A stretch of DNA of 64,000 bases from Candidatus Poribacteria bacterium (GTDB taxonomy: Bacteria; Poribacteria; WGA-4E; WGA-3G). The translations under genes were made by a program, and so were the position numbers. The stretch covers positions 1,984,001 to 2,048,000 of the forward strand of contig OZ251518.1 in the NCBI GenBank assembly GCA_965242965.1, in the 5' to 3' direction. The notes under the pieces are model-generated. The model saw nothing but the letters and a program-made list of their open reading frames with translations, ran no database searches and was not told the DNA's origin. Positions 30,127 to 40,526 of this stretch are shown here, piece after piece (the stretch's first letter is position 1; every line of letters begins with the position of its first letter).

Positions 30127-31086
30127 ATGATTGAAGTCAGACAACTCACAAAATCTTACGGGCCGACTATCGCTGTCAACAACGTCTCGTTTGATGCCCG
30201 CGCAGGCGAGGTGCTCGGATTTCTCGGCCCCAACGGTGCGGGGAAGACGACGACAATGCGCATCCTCACCTGTTACCTCGCCGCGGATGCAGGCAGTGCT
30301 ACCGTCGCCGGTTACGACGTATTTGAGGAATCGGTAGATGTCCGCAAGTCCATCGGATACTTGCCGGAGAGCGCGCCGCTTTATACGGACATGGGAGTCA
30401 TCGAATACCTGAACTTCATGACGCAGGTGCGAAGTCTTCCTAAAAGTCAACGCAAAGAGCGCATCCGTGCTGTCGTTGAGCTTTGCGGGCTTGAGGACGT
30501 TATCCAAAAGGACATCGGCGAGCTCTCGAAAGGTTACCGTCAACGCGTCGGATTAGCGCAAAGCCTTATCCATGATCCGCCTATCATGATCTTGGATGAG
30601 CCTACGTCCGGACTGGACCCGAGCCAAATCATTGAAATCCGCAATCTGATTAAGGACATCGGGCAAGAGAAGTTGGTGCTTTTCAGCACGCATATTTTGC
30701 CGGAGGTTTCGGCTACCTGTACCCGCATCCTCATCATCAACGATGGGAAGATTGTGGCGAACGGGACACCGGCAGAACTCGCGGGACAAGCGAGAGGCGA
30801 GGAGATTGTGCATATTTCCATCCGCGGCCCACAAGCAGAAATTGAGGCAAAATTGGACGCGCTGGAATTCGTCTCGCAATGGGCACCCATTGACGCTGAC
30901 CCGGACGATGGCGTAGTTGACACGGACGATGGCGTAGTCGGCTACCGCGTTACGGCGGCGCAAGGAAGCGATGCCGCGGAGGCACTGTTTCACGTCGTCG
31001 TGGATAACCGGTGGAGTTTGACAGAGCTCCACCAAGAATCGGTTGACTTGGAGGATGTATTCCTGAATTTGACGGTGCGCGAATAG
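30127..31086 (+). CDS. ABC transporter ATP-binding protein (GldA-like)
   Basis: GPNGAGKTT, LSKGYRQRVG, ILDEPT. Confidence 0.92.
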   Translation: MIEVRQLTKSYGPTIAVNNVSFDARAGEVLGFLGPNGAGKTTTMRILTCYLAADAGSATVAGYDVFEESVDVRKSIGYLPESAPLYTDMGVIEYLNFMTQVRSLPKSQRKERIRAVVELCGLEDVIQKDIGELSKGYRQRVGLAQSLIHDPPIMILDEPTSGLDPSQIIEIRNLIKDIGQEKLVLFSTHILPEVSATCTRILIINDGKIVANGTPAELAGQARGEEIVHISIRGPQAEIEAKLDALEFVSQWAPIDADPDDGVVDTDDGVVGYRVTAAQGSDAAEALFHVVVDNRWSLTELHQESVDLEDVFLNLTVRE

Positions 31087-31170
31087 CGCGCTTTAGCAGC
31101 GGTTTGACGCGCCGTGAGCGGTTGCGAGGGACAGGCCCTCGCGCTACGGATTGGGTATTTACTATAGATT

Positions 31171-31887
31171 ATGACGAACATCACAGCTATCCTTAAAAAG
31201 GAATTTAGAAGCTACTTCAATTCGCCTATCGCCTACATTTTTATCACCTTTTTCTTGGGCATTTCTTCGTGGCTATTTTACCGCGGCTTCTTCCTGATTA
31301 ACCAAGCCGAGATGCGCGGGTTTTTCGGGTTAATGCCGTGGCTCTTCCTGTTTTTCGTCCCCGCTGTCACGATGAAACTCTGGGCGGAAGAAAAGAAACT
31401 GGGGACGGTTGAAATCCTGATGACGCTGCCGATTCGGGACTACGAAGTCGTCATCGGCAAGTATCTGGCGAGTTACGCGCTGCTGGCTGTCACGGTGCTA
31501 CTCTCACTCGTCCTTCCGCTGTCAGTCAGCATTCTCGGTAATCCGGATGGCGGCACGATTCTCAGCGGTTACATCGGGTTGTTGCTGATGGGCGGTGCCT
31601 ACCTCGCGATAGGACTCTTCGCTTCAACGCTGACAGAGAACCAGATTATCGCCTTTATTTTAGGGATTACCGCCTGTTTCGGGATGCTAATCATCGGCGA
31701 AGACATCGTGCTTTTCAACGCGCCGAATTGGCTCTTCCCGATTTTCAGTTATCTGGGACTCGGCGCGCATTACAGTAGTATTCTGCGCGGCGTGCTGGAC
31801 TCCCGCGATATTCTCTACTATCTCTCGGTTATCGGGTTCTTTCTCACACTCAGTTCAATATCCGTTGAGAGTAGAAAATGGAGATAG
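31171..31887 (+). CDS. ABC-2 permease (GldF-like)
   Basis: KEFRSYFNSPIAY, AEEKKLGTVEILMTLP. Confidence 0.9.
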   Translation: MTNITAILKKEFRSYFNSPIAYIFITFFLGISSWLFYRGFFLINQAEMRGFFGLMPWLFLFFVPAVTMKLWAEEKKLGTVEILMTLPIRDYEVVIGKYLASYALLAVTVLLSLVLPLSVSILGNPDGGTILSGYIGLLLMGGAYLAIGLFASTLTENQIIAFILGITACFGMLIIGEDIVLFNAPNWLFPIFSYLGLGAHYSSILRGVLDSRDILYYLSVIGFFLTLSSISVESRKWR

Positions 31888-32020
31888 ACGCGGATACAGG
31901 CGCAGCCGATAGCTCGGGTTTGGCGAGAACGTGTGCATCGCCAACGGCGGTGCCGGTTCCGGCAAGAAGGGACACCCCTAGAGGCTTTGCGCCAATACGA
32001 AAAAAAGGAGGTAATTTTTC

Positions 32021-33634
32021 TTGGCAAACAAACGATTGACACACGGTGGCAACGCTGTGGCGTTTGTGGTGATTCTTTTCAGCATTCTCGCGTTGATTAA
32101 CTTTCTATCAACGCGCCGTTTTATCCGCGCTGATCTCACCGAAGACAAACGCTATACCATCTCGGATGCTACCAAAAATGTGCTGAACACGCTAGACGAC
32201 ATCGTCACCGTCACCGCTTACTTTTCGACGGAGCCTGCCGAGGTAGCGCAGATTCGTCGGAACGTCAGAGATGTGTTGGAGGAATATAACGCCTTCTCTA
32301 AAAAACTCCAAATCGACTTCGTGAACCCCGCCGATTTTGACGACGCGAAAAAGCAGGAACTTCGGTTTAAAGGGATTCCTGAACTCCAGATTAATGTCGT
32401 CAAAGAGGACAAAGCGGAAATCGCGAACGTCTATATGGGCATCGGCATCGGATACGGCGGCAAGGAGGAAGTCTTACCGGTTGTGCAATCCACAGCAAAT
32501 TTGGAATACGAACTCACGTCCACTCTCCTGAAAGTGACGACGAAAGAGGCGAAGACGGTAGGATTTTTGACAGGACACGGCGAACTTGACATCAACGCGC
32601 AAAATGCGCAGGAATTGCGCACCCTTTTGGATAAAAATGCCAAGGGACAATACAACATCACCACCGTAGCACTGCAAGATGGCAAACCTGTTGACGAAGC
32701 CGTCGCAACGCTGGTTGTCGCCGGACCGCGGCGGGCGTTGGCGGAACGTGAAAAATATGAGTTGGACCAGTTTATCATGCGCGGCGGCCGGATAATCTTT
32801 CTTGTCGATGCCGTTCAGTTCCAACCTAACACGTTACAGGCGACACCGCTCAGCACCGGCTTAAACGACATGCTAGCGCATTACGGTATCACACTGGGCA
32901 ATAACCTGCTCGCTGACAGGCGGTTTCACGATTCAGCGCGATTCCAACAGGGGTTCATGACGGTTATTCAGCCGTATCCCTATTTTGTCAAAATTGTGAA
33001 CCAGAATTTCTCTACGGAACACACTGTCACGAATCAGTTAGAAGCGTTGACGTTGCCATGGACGAGTTCCGTAGACGTAGTCGCGAAGGAAGGAACTACG
33101 GCGACAACATTGGCGAAAACGAGCGAATTTGGGCAGAGCATGCAAGGGTATTACAACCTCATGCCTAATGCGCAGCTGCCACCGGGTGATATGCAGCCGT
33201 ATGCCGTTGCCGTGGCGGTGGAAGGAACGGTTCCCAGTTTCTACGCCGATAAAGAAATTCCGCCGGTTGCGGCGGTTGAAGGAGCGGAATCAGTTGAACC
33301 GACGAATCCCGATGAACGCGTCACGAAGCCGATGAGTGAACAGACGCAACTCGTTGTCGTTGGCACGGCGCAATTTCTATCACAGATGCGTCCGGACGGT
33401 ATCAACTTTTTCTTAAACACTGTTGACTGGCTGACGCTCGGCGATGCGCTCATCGGCATCCGTTCGCACGCTATCACCGAGCGGCCGCTCCGCGAGACAA
33501 CTGAACTAGAGAAAAACTTCTTCAAATACCTATCTATCGTCGGCATCCCGCTGCTGGTGGTTATCTTTGGGTTGCTGCGGTATTTCTTGAAAAGGAGGGC
33601 AAAACGGATGGTAGAAACCTACGGTGCTGTGTAG
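32021..33634 (+). CDS. GldG-like ABC auxiliary protein
   Basis: TTG start after GGAGG; DLTEDKRYTIS, GFLTGHGE, FFLNTVDWL. Confidence 0.88.
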   Translation: MANKRLTHGGNAVAFVVILFSILALINFLSTRRFIRADLTEDKRYTISDATKNVLNTLDDIVTVTAYFSTEPAEVAQIRRNVRDVLEEYNAFSKKLQIDFVNPADFDDAKKQELRFKGIPELQINVVKEDKAEIANVYMGIGIGYGGKEEVLPVVQSTANLEYELTSTLLKVTTKEAKTVGFLTGHGELDINAQNAQELRTLLDKNAKGQYNITTVALQDGKPVDEAVATLVVAGPRRALAEREKYELDQFIMRGGRIIFLVDAVQFQPNTLQATPLSTGLNDMLAHYGITLGNNLLADRRFHDSARFQQGFMTVIQPYPYFVKIVNQNFSTEHTVTNQLEALTLPWTSSVDVVAKEGTTATTLAKTSEFGQSMQGYYNLMPNAQLPPGDMQPYAVAVAVEGTVPSFYADKEIPPVAAVEGAESVEPTNPDERVTKPMSEQTQLVVVGTAQFLSQMRPDGINFFLNTVDWLTLGDALIGIRSHAITERPLRETTELEKNFFKYLSIVGIPLLVVIFGLLRYFLKRRAKRMVETYGAV

Positions 33635-33707
33635 GTTTTCTGTATGGCGCAAAGCGTTCCGCAGTTGAACAACGCATTGCGAACGACAACATCCGAAAGA
33701 TAAACCG

Positions 33708-34691
33708 ATGAAGACAAAACAACTTCTGATTTTAGGCGGCGTTTTTGTTGTCTTGGCCCTCGTCGTCCTGCTCTTTGAGAATCCGTTTGGACAAAGCGAG
33801 TATGAAAAAAAGGTTCAGACAGCAATGCCGCTGTTCCCGAATTTTGATAAGGAACAGGTAACGGGAGTAGAAATCATCACTGCCGGTGAGACGACAACGC
33901 TTGCAAAACAAGATGGGAAGTGGGTAGTCACCTCGCTGGACAGTTACCCTGCCGATGCCGAAGGCGTTGAGGAATTGCTGACAAAGGTGAGCGAATTTAA
34001 GAATACGCAGCGCGTCTCCTCAAACCCCGAAAAGCAGGTGGAGTTTGAGGTGGATAGCACCACCGGCGTTGAGGTGAAACTGATGGACGCGAACGACACG
34101 CTGTTAGCACACCTGTTCGTGGGAAAAACGACACCCGGCTTTCTGAGCAGTTACGTGCGCGCTGCCGATACGAACGATGTCTACGTCGCGCAAGGGTATC
34201 TCAAATCGGTATTTGACAAAGGGGAGCGAACGTGGAAGGACAGGACGATTTTCGATTTCAACGAGGGCATCGTCACGCAGGTTAACATCACGTCGCCGGA
34301 GGAAACGGTGGAACTTCGGCTAGATGCGGAAGGCACGTGGCAGATGCTCCAACCGGAAGCATCTGCTGTCAAACAAGCAGAAGTGGATAGCCTGCTGGCG
34401 ACCTTCAGCCAGTTGGATACCGACGATTTCGCTGAGCCGAAAGAGCTCGCCGAATACGAGTTAGCATCGCCGCACTCTTCCATATCGGCGACATTGAACG
34501 ATGGGACTACGGCGACGTTACTCATCGGCAAAGAGGAAGAGGGTAAACTTTACGTCAAGCGCGCTGATGGGGATACCGTTTTCAGGCTCTTCAAATCGAA
34601 CGTAGATAGACTGATTCAGAAAGCTGAGACGCTTAAGGAAGAGGCCGCACCGCCTACCGAGGCAGAGGAGGAGGTAACGCCGACGGAATAA
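33708..34691 (+). CDS. DUF4340 domain protein
   Basis: N-terminal TM, two repeated W....P...AD...V..LL modules; usual fourth gene of GldA/F/G operons. Confidence 0.8.
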   Translation: MKTKQLLILGGVFVVLALVVLLFENPFGQSEYEKKVQTAMPLFPNFDKEQVTGVEIITAGETTTLAKQDGKWVVTSLDSYPADAEGVEELLTKVSEFKNTQRVSSNPEKQVEFEVDSTTGVEVKLMDANDTLLAHLFVGKTTPGFLSSYVRAADTNDVYVAQGYLKSVFDKGERTWKDRTIFDFNEGIVTQVNITSPEETVELRLDAEGTWQMLQPEASAVKQAEVDSLLATFSQLDTDDFAEPKELAEYELASPHSSISATLNDGTTATLLIGKEEEGKLYVKRADGDTVFRLFKSNVDRLIQKAETLKEEAAPPTEAEEEVTPTE

Positions 34692-34764
34692 GCGCGCTCC
34701 CAACTCTAGAAGCGGGGGACTGTCCCCCGCCATCTCTCAACTATTGACATAGGAGGCATTCATC

Positions 34765-35370
34765 ATGCCGTATAGCAGTTTTACCCTGGAATCAGTGCTA
34801 CAGGCGTTTCCGCTTGAAAAGGTGAATGTTCAAGGGCTGTTTTCTGCAATTGAACCGATAGAGCCGAGTGCTCTTTTGACGACAACGTTGGCGCGGAACG
34901 TGCCGTTAGCCGCTTCAATTGACACTGAGAAGGCAAAGTCTGAGATGATTGTCGCCCAGGTGCTTGTTGAACTCCGTGAGCAGTTAGAACGGCGTATCAG
35001 TCTTTTTTCGGGTGTTGACTTCAATGTGGATAGCGACAGCGACTTGACAGGGGTATGCGACTTTTTAATCAGTTTATCGCCTTGGCAGCGTTTCGTAGAG
35101 GCCCCTGTCATCACGCTCGTTGAGGCAAAAAACGACAACTTGATAAACGGTTTGGGGCAGTGTGTTGCGGAGATGGTGGCGGCGCAACGCTTTAACGCGG
35201 AGAAGGGGAACGACATCCCTTGCGTGTACGGTGCCTCGACGACAGGCGTGATGTGGCAGTTTCTCAAATTAGAGGGAAAGCAACTCCACGTGGATATGAG
35301 CGTCTACCAAATCGCGGAGTGTCACAGAATTCTCGGTATCCTCGCCAGCATGGTGGCGCAGAAGGCGTGA
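34765..35370 (+). CDS. PD-(D/E)XK-like hypothetical protein, copy 1
   Basis: TEKAKSE, GVCDFLIS...VEAKND, GLGQCVAEM, YGASTTG..W.FLKL. Confidence 0.75.
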   Translation: MPYSSFTLESVLQAFPLEKVNVQGLFSAIEPIEPSALLTTTLARNVPLAASIDTEKAKSEMIVAQVLVELREQLERRISLFSGVDFNVDSDSDLTGVCDFLISLSPWQRFVEAPVITLVEAKNDNLINGLGQCVAEMVAAQRFNAEKGNDIPCVYGASTTGVMWQFLKLEGKQLHVDMSVYQIAECHRILGILASMVAQKA

Positions 35371-35407
35371 GAAGCCACAAGAATGACGGTAGCGGAGGGT
35401 TTTCAAC

Positions 35408-36013
35408 ATGCCGTATAGCAGTTTTACCTTGGAATCAGTGCTACAGGCGTTTCACCTTGAAAAGGTGGATGTTCAAGGGCTGTTTTCTGCAATTGAACCG
35501 ATAGAGCCGAGTGCCCTTCTCACTGCAGTGCTGGAGCGCAATCTGCCGTTAGCGGTGAGACTCGCCACCGAAAAAGCGAAGTCCGAACTGATTGTCGCCC
35601 CGGTGCTTGTTGAGCTCCGCGAGCAGTTAGAGCGGCGTATCAGTCTCTTTTCGGGAATTGACTTCAACGTTGATGACAAAGCAGAACTCGGCGGCGTATG
35701 CGATTTTTTGATAAGTTTATCCCCTTGGCAAGCGTTTGTAGAGGCACCTGTCATCGTTCTCGTTGAGGCGAAGAACGATAAAATTGAGAGCGGGTTTGGA
35801 CAATGCGTTGCGGAGATGGTGGCGGCGCAACGCTTTAACGCGGAAAAAGGGAACGCCATTCCGCGCGTATACGGTGTCACGACGACAGGCGTGATGTGGC
35901 AGTTCCTTAAATTAGAGGGACAGACACTTCACATGGATATGGATGTCCACACGATTGAGCGATGCGATAAACTCCTCGGTATCCTCGCCAGCATGGTGGC
36001 GCAGAAGGCGTGA
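35408..36013 (+). CDS. PD-(D/E)XK-like hypothetical protein, copy 2
   Basis: 201 aa paralog of 34765..35370. Confidence 0.75.
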   Translation: MPYSSFTLESVLQAFHLEKVDVQGLFSAIEPIEPSALLTAVLERNLPLAVRLATEKAKSELIVAPVLVELREQLERRISLFSGIDFNVDDKAELGGVCDFLISLSPWQAFVEAPVIVLVEAKNDKIESGFGQCVAEMVAAQRFNAEKGNAIPRVYGVTTTGVMWQFLKLEGQTLHMDMDVHTIERCDKLLGILASMVAQKA

Positions 36014-36040
36014 TGCACACTACATAGGCGGTTTTTCATC

Positions 36041-36646
36041 ATGGCATACAGTAACTTTACCTTAGCGATGGTGCGGCAAGCGTTTAACTTACAAACAGTT
36101 CAGTCTATCGGACTTTTTTCTGAAACAGAGCCGGTGGAACCGAGTGAAACCCTCACCAGGGCTCTGGCAAAAAAGGCACCATTGGCTATCGCGATTGCCA
36201 CCGAGAAAGCGAAGTCCGAGTTGATTGTCTCCGAGGTATTGTTTGAGCTCCGTGAGCACTTTGAACAGCGCATCAGTCTTTTTTCGGGGATTGATTTTAC
36301 CGTGGATGCCGCTGCCAAACTCACCGGCATCTGCGATTTTTTAGTGAGTCTGTCCCCAGAACAGTTTGAGTTGGAAGCCCCCATCATCGTTCTTGTGGAG
36401 GCAAAAAATGACGCGCTGACAAGTGGGTTGGGGCAGTGCGTTGCGGAGATGGTGGCGGCGCAACGCTTTAATGCCGAACACGGGAATGACATCCCGTGTG
36501 TCTATGGGGCCACTACGTCAGGGATGGATTGGCTTTTCCTGAAATTGGAAGGACAGCAGCTCTCCATTGACATGAGTGCCTATACGATTGAGCGATGCGA
36601 CAGGATACTGGGTATTCTCGCGAGTATGGTGCAACAACAGGCGTGA
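36041..36646 (+). CDS. PD-(D/E)XK-like hypothetical protein, copy 3
   Basis: 201 aa paralog, more diverged. Confidence 0.75.
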   Translation: MAYSNFTLAMVRQAFNLQTVQSIGLFSETEPVEPSETLTRALAKKAPLAIAIATEKAKSELIVSEVLFELREHFEQRISLFSGIDFTVDAAAKLTGICDFLVSLSPEQFELEAPIIVLVEAKNDALTSGLGQCVAEMVAAQRFNAEHGNDIPCVYGATTSGMDWLFLKLEGQQLSIDMSAYTIERCDRILGILASMVQQQA

Positions 36647-36685
36647 GACAACCGTGAGAAAACGCGGCGCGCTACCAAAGCGTGC

Positions 36686-37912
36686 CTACGGAGCCTGAAC
36701 GGGCACATCGCTATTTCGGTATACCAGAAGAATCGCGAGCGCAATCAATGTCCCGATAACTCCCACCGGCCAGAATCCTCCAACCACATCAACCAGCCAA
36801 CCGAGAGAGGGCGCGAGGACAATCGTCGCAAGCGATTTTGCCTGTGCCTCAATAGAAAGCACCGTCGCGCTCATCTCCGGTGTGGACTGCGCGTTAAAAC
36901 GGCTTATCAATCCGGGCCGCCAGAAATTCTGGAGGATAGCCAAGCCAACGAAAAGTGCAATGATGGCGGGATACGTGTTAAACCACAATGCTGGAATTAA
37001 GAGCGCGTAGAGCCCGAGGTTTACCCACCACAGCACTCGCGCTGCGCCTTCATCGCTGCCTCGCCATTCCGTGACTTTGTGCGAATTCCGGGAGGCGAAG
37101 GAGGAGAGGAAATAAAGCGCGAAATAAACGCCAGCCACTAACAACGCCGCCCGCTTCGATTCATCAAGCATTAAGAGCAGCGGCATCGCGATAGCAGTCT
37201 GTTTGAGAATCGGTTGGAGATAGTCCTTGCTCGCTTTGAACATCCCCTCGAATCCCATCCCTTCAAAAACCAATCGGCGCAAAGGTGGAAATTGAACTGA
37301 TAGTTTCAATGCCTTACCGAGTAACGCGGTGACTGTTTTGAGGGAGAACTCGCTTTTCCTGTCGCCATCTAACGCTGCCGGGTAACCGAAGAAGTTGACG
37401 ATGTTGAACGCGTAAGGAACGATTGAAAACCAGAAGATGTCGGTGAAGTTGCCGCGATAGAAAACGAGGGCACCAGCGATGAGGACAGAAACCGCCGAAC
37501 CCATCTGTGACCAGGAGCGAGTATAGCCGTATATTTTCGTCTTTTCGTCCGCTCTTCCCTGTTGCCGCAGCCAGTCGAATATCATCGCCTTGTGTGTGCC
37601 GCTTCGGAACGCGTCCCCTAAACCGAAGAAGAACATCCCGCCGAAAAGCAGGAAGAGTGCCTCGCTCATCGCGAATGTCGCGAAGGATGCGATATAGGCG
37701 ACGAACGAAAATATCATCGCGCGGCGGCGGCCGTAAAGATCTGCCACCGCACCAGAGGGAATCTCAAAAAGATTGGTGCAGATTTCCCGAAACCCGATGA
37801 GGATGCCTATCTGAAAGAAAGAGAGCCCTTTCTCCCGAAATGCTAAAATCAGGAACGCATCGTAGTAGCGTTGATTTTTCAGGAAGCCGTAGAGTGAAAA
37901 ACGAAATAGCAT
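36686..37912 (-). CDS. MFS transporter
   Basis: EIPSGAVADLYGRRR MFS motif, about 12 TM. Confidence 0.9.
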   Translation of the reverse strand: MLFRFSLYGFLKNQRYYDAFLILAFREKGLSFFQIGILIGFREICTNLFEIPSGAVADLYGRRRAMIFSFVAYIASFATFAMSEALFLLFGGMFFFGLGDAFRSGTHKAMIFDWLRQQGRADEKTKIYGYTRSWSQMGSAVSVLIAGALVFYRGNFTDIFWFSIVPYAFNIVNFFGYPAALDGDRKSEFSLKTVTALLGKALKLSVQFPPLRRLVFEGMGFEGMFKASKDYLQPILKQTAIAMPLLLMLDESKRAALLVAGVYFALYFLSSFASRNSHKVTEWRGSDEGAARVLWWVNLGLYALLIPALWFNTYPAIIALFVGLAILQNFWRPGLISRFNAQSTPEMSATVLSIEAQAKSLATIVLAPSLGWLVDVVGGFWPVGVIGTLIALAILLVYRNSDVPVQAP

Positions 37913-37961
37913 AGGAACGCGCCTTTATCGGTAGACGTGCGCTTCGCCGTTGTCTTATGGC

Positions 37962-38630
37962 TCAGCGTTTCACCGCGACAGAAATGCCATCGCGAAGCGG
38001 AATAATCGTCGTGAACACATCGGGCGAACTGTAAAGTAGCCGCGTTAATTCTTTGACACCGCGCGTGGCTTCGTGCAGCCACTGCTCGTCTTCCGGCGCA
38101 ACTTCGGGAACGTTCTGAACGACGCGCCCCATCCACAGCATGTTGTCCGTGATAAACAATCCGCCGCTCTTAAGCCGGGGAATCGCCTTGCGGAAGGCTT
38201 CGGAATACCCGTCTTTGTCGATGTCGTTGTAGATGATGTCAAATTCCCCTTCGGTTTCGTCAATGATGTCAAGCGCGTTGCCGACGCGGTAATCAATGCG
38301 TTCCGCTATGCCGCCGCGCGCGAGATACGCCGCTGCCTGCTCAGCGTTCTCCTGTGAACCGTCGGTGCAGATAATTGAAGCGTCTGGTTCACGCAACGCC
38401 TTCGCCATCCAATACGCGGAATAGCCGAACCCAGAGCCCATCTCGAAAATACGCTTCGGGTTCGTCAGTAGCACCAATTGATGCAACACGCGTCCGACGA
38501 GCGGCCCTACGATTGGGAATCGACGTTCCCGTGCGTATGCCTCCATTTCCGTTAGCACCGCGTCGCGTTCGGGGATAGTGTCAAGTAGGTATTCGTTAAT
38601 CGATGGATGCAGGATATCTAAACGTTCCAT
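37962..38630 (-). CDS. O-methyltransferase (caffeoyl-CoA OMT/YrrM-like)
   Basis: IFEMGSGFGYS, FDIIYNDIDK, GGLFITDN. Confidence 0.9.
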   Translation of the reverse strand: MERLDILHPSINEYLLDTIPERDAVLTEMEAYARERRFPIVGPLVGRVLHQLVLLTNPKRIFEMGSGFGYSAYWMAKALREPDASIICTDGSQENAEQAAAYLARGGIAERIDYRVGNALDIIDETEGEFDIIYNDIDKDGYSEAFRKAIPRLKSGGLFITDNMLWMGRVVQNVPEVAPEDEQWLHEATRGVKELTRLLYSSPDVFTTIIPLRDGISVAVKR

Positions 38631-38786
38631 AGTGTCTCCGCGTCTGTCTATCTGTCTTGATTTATCGTTAAAAGGCGCGCCATTGATGATATGTCAGAAT
38701 CACGATGCGCCTGTCGACGGTGTTCTACGTGAACTCTGTGCCTATCATAACACAGTCGCGAAATTTGTGCAATACCAAATTAGATT

Positions 38787-39200
38787 GAGGGTGTTTCATA
38801 AATCCCTGTCGGCGAGACCTCCCGGTCTCGATGCAATAGGGCGGCAGAAACCCCCCCTTCATCGTAGGGCGAGGGCCTGTCCCTCGCCATGCTTGATTGC
38901 CCCTTTCACCGTAGGGCGAGGGCCTGTCCCTCGCCATGCTTGATTGCCCCTTTCACCGTAGGGCGAGGGCCTGTCCCTCGCCATGCACCGGTCTGAGCAG
39001 CAAACATCCGTGGTCTCTGGGCTGCGGGAGGTTTCCGCAGCGGTGGAGAGATCGCGGGGGACAGGCCCCCGCGCTACGGGAACAACTCAGAAAGCGTCCC
39101 CGTTCACCGTAGGGCGGTGGGAAAACCTGTCCCTCGCCATCGTCCGCGCACTCCAACGATCGCGGGGGACAGGCCCCCGCGCTACGGGAACATCGAGACC
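38787..39200. repeat. REP mosaic starting at a solo MITE end; includes 47 bp tandem units
   Basis: GAGGGTGTTTCATAA at 38787; hairpins at 38863, 38910, 38957. Confidence 0.8.
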
Positions 39201-39284
39201 AGGTGAGGTTGTGAAAGGAGATGAAGGGAAAGGAGACAGGACGAGGGAAAAATCTTCCCTCGCCGTGCGAAACGCGAGGTGTTT

Positions 39285-40295
39285 CTATCCCGCAAGCAAT
39301 TCTTCATGATACGCAAAGATTGCAGGCGTGCCGCCCGTGTGCAGGAAGATAACCGTTTCATCAGCACCGATGCGTCCCTCTCGGATATGCTCAATCAGGC
39401 ACGCCATCGCCTTCGCAGTGTAAACCGGATCGAGGAAGATACCCTCGGTGTTGGCAACCAACTTGAGTGCCGCAATGCACTCTGGCGTGAGATACCCGTA
39501 TGCATCGCCGATGTAGTCGTCCGTATTCTGGATATCGGCGTGGGAGATTCGCGTGTCAAGTCCTAGCAGTTCCGCCGCGGTGTTGGCGGCACTGCTCATC
39601 CGTTCAAGTTTACCTTCCCATTGAATCGGCGCGCAACCGAACGGCTTCAGTTTCATGCCGAGTGCCTGGGTGCCAAGCACCAACCCGGCTTGCGTACCGC
39701 CGACAGATGAGGTGTAAATCCTGTCCGCGTCAATGCCCAGGCGTTCCTGCTGTTCCTGAATTTCGGCGATGCACCACGCGAACGCGACCGCGGCGAGAGC
39801 CGTGGAGCGCGGCGATGCAACGACGTAAGGCTTCAACCCTTGCAACCGCAATTCATCGGCGAGCGCAAATTTCAGTGCATCTAATTCAGGGCCGAAGGGG
39901 ACATCAACGACTTCCACATCCGCGCCTGCGAGCCGGTCCAACAATAAATTTCCTTGTGGGATACTCTTGTGGTCGCGGGCGAGTCGCAGGTAGCAGTTGA
40001 GTCCCAGTTTTCCGCAAGCCGCGGCGGTTTGGCGGCAGTGGTTTGATTGTGAGGCAGCACCGTGCACAATCGTATCCGCGCCTTGGTGGACACCGTCGCC
40101 AATCGTGAAGGTAAGTTGACGGACTTTGTTGCCGCCAAACGCCAAACCGGAGCAATCTTCCCGCTTCATGAAAATGCGCGGGCCGCCGAGTGCTTCGGCG
40201 AGGCGCGGGCATTCCTCAAGCGGTGTTGGAAAATGCCCGATATCCACCTGCGGCAGCCGCGCGATTGCCGAAATGAGTTGTTCCCGAATCTTCAT
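39285..40295 (-). CDS. D-cysteine desulfhydrase / ACC deaminase family PLP enzyme
   Basis: KRED.SG..FGGNKVR, QSNH, LDPVYTAKA, FLHTGG; start moved to 40295. Confidence 0.9.
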   Translation of the reverse strand: MKIREQLISAIARLPQVDIGHFPTPLEECPRLAEALGGPRIFMKREDCSGLAFGGNKVRQLTFTIGDGVHQGADTIVHGAASQSNHCRQTAAACGKLGLNCYLRLARDHKSIPQGNLLLDRLAGADVEVVDVPFGPELDALKFALADELRLQGLKPYVVASPRSTALAAVAFAWCIAEIQEQQERLGIDADRIYTSSVGGTQAGLVLGTQALGMKLKPFGCAPIQWEGKLERMSSAANTAAELLGLDTRISHADIQNTDDYIGDAYGYLTPECIAALKLVANTEGIFLDPVYTAKAMACLIEHIREGRIGADETVIFLHTGGTPAIFAYHEELLAG

Positions 40296-40370
40296 TTTTG
40301 TTGTTCCTAGCGGTAGGGTAGCGTGTGTCCTTATCAGGCAGACAAGACGTTGCATTGTCGGCATTTGAGG

Positions 40371-40464
40371 GATGCCAGTTTTGCCAACGTCAAGCCGGCT
40401 TCCATCTGTAGGTTGCGCTCGCCTGAGCGCAACAAGATGCCAGTTTTGCCAACGTCAAGCCGGC
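40371..40464. repeat. 29 bp direct repeat flanking a single REP hairpin
   Basis: GATGCCAGTTTTGCCAACGTCAAGCCGGC at 40371 and 40436. Confidence 0.85.
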
Positions 40465-40526
40465 CTGGTAAGAGAACGTGCTTATCAAAAGCAGCGTTGA
40501 ACACCACATGGCGAGAGACAAAAATC

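Noticed and set aside
30127-34691. Gliding motility system
   Set aside because: GldA/F/G-like ABC operons are widespread in non-gliding bacteria and no other gld or spr genes are present
38863-38983. Regularly spaced 27 bp repeats resembling a CRISPR array
   Set aside because: Spacers are identical, the repeat is the dispersed REP hairpin, and no cas genes are present
40371-40464. 29 bp repeat / 36 bp spacer as a mini-CRISPR
   Set aside because: Only two repeats, the spacer is a REP, no leader or cas genes
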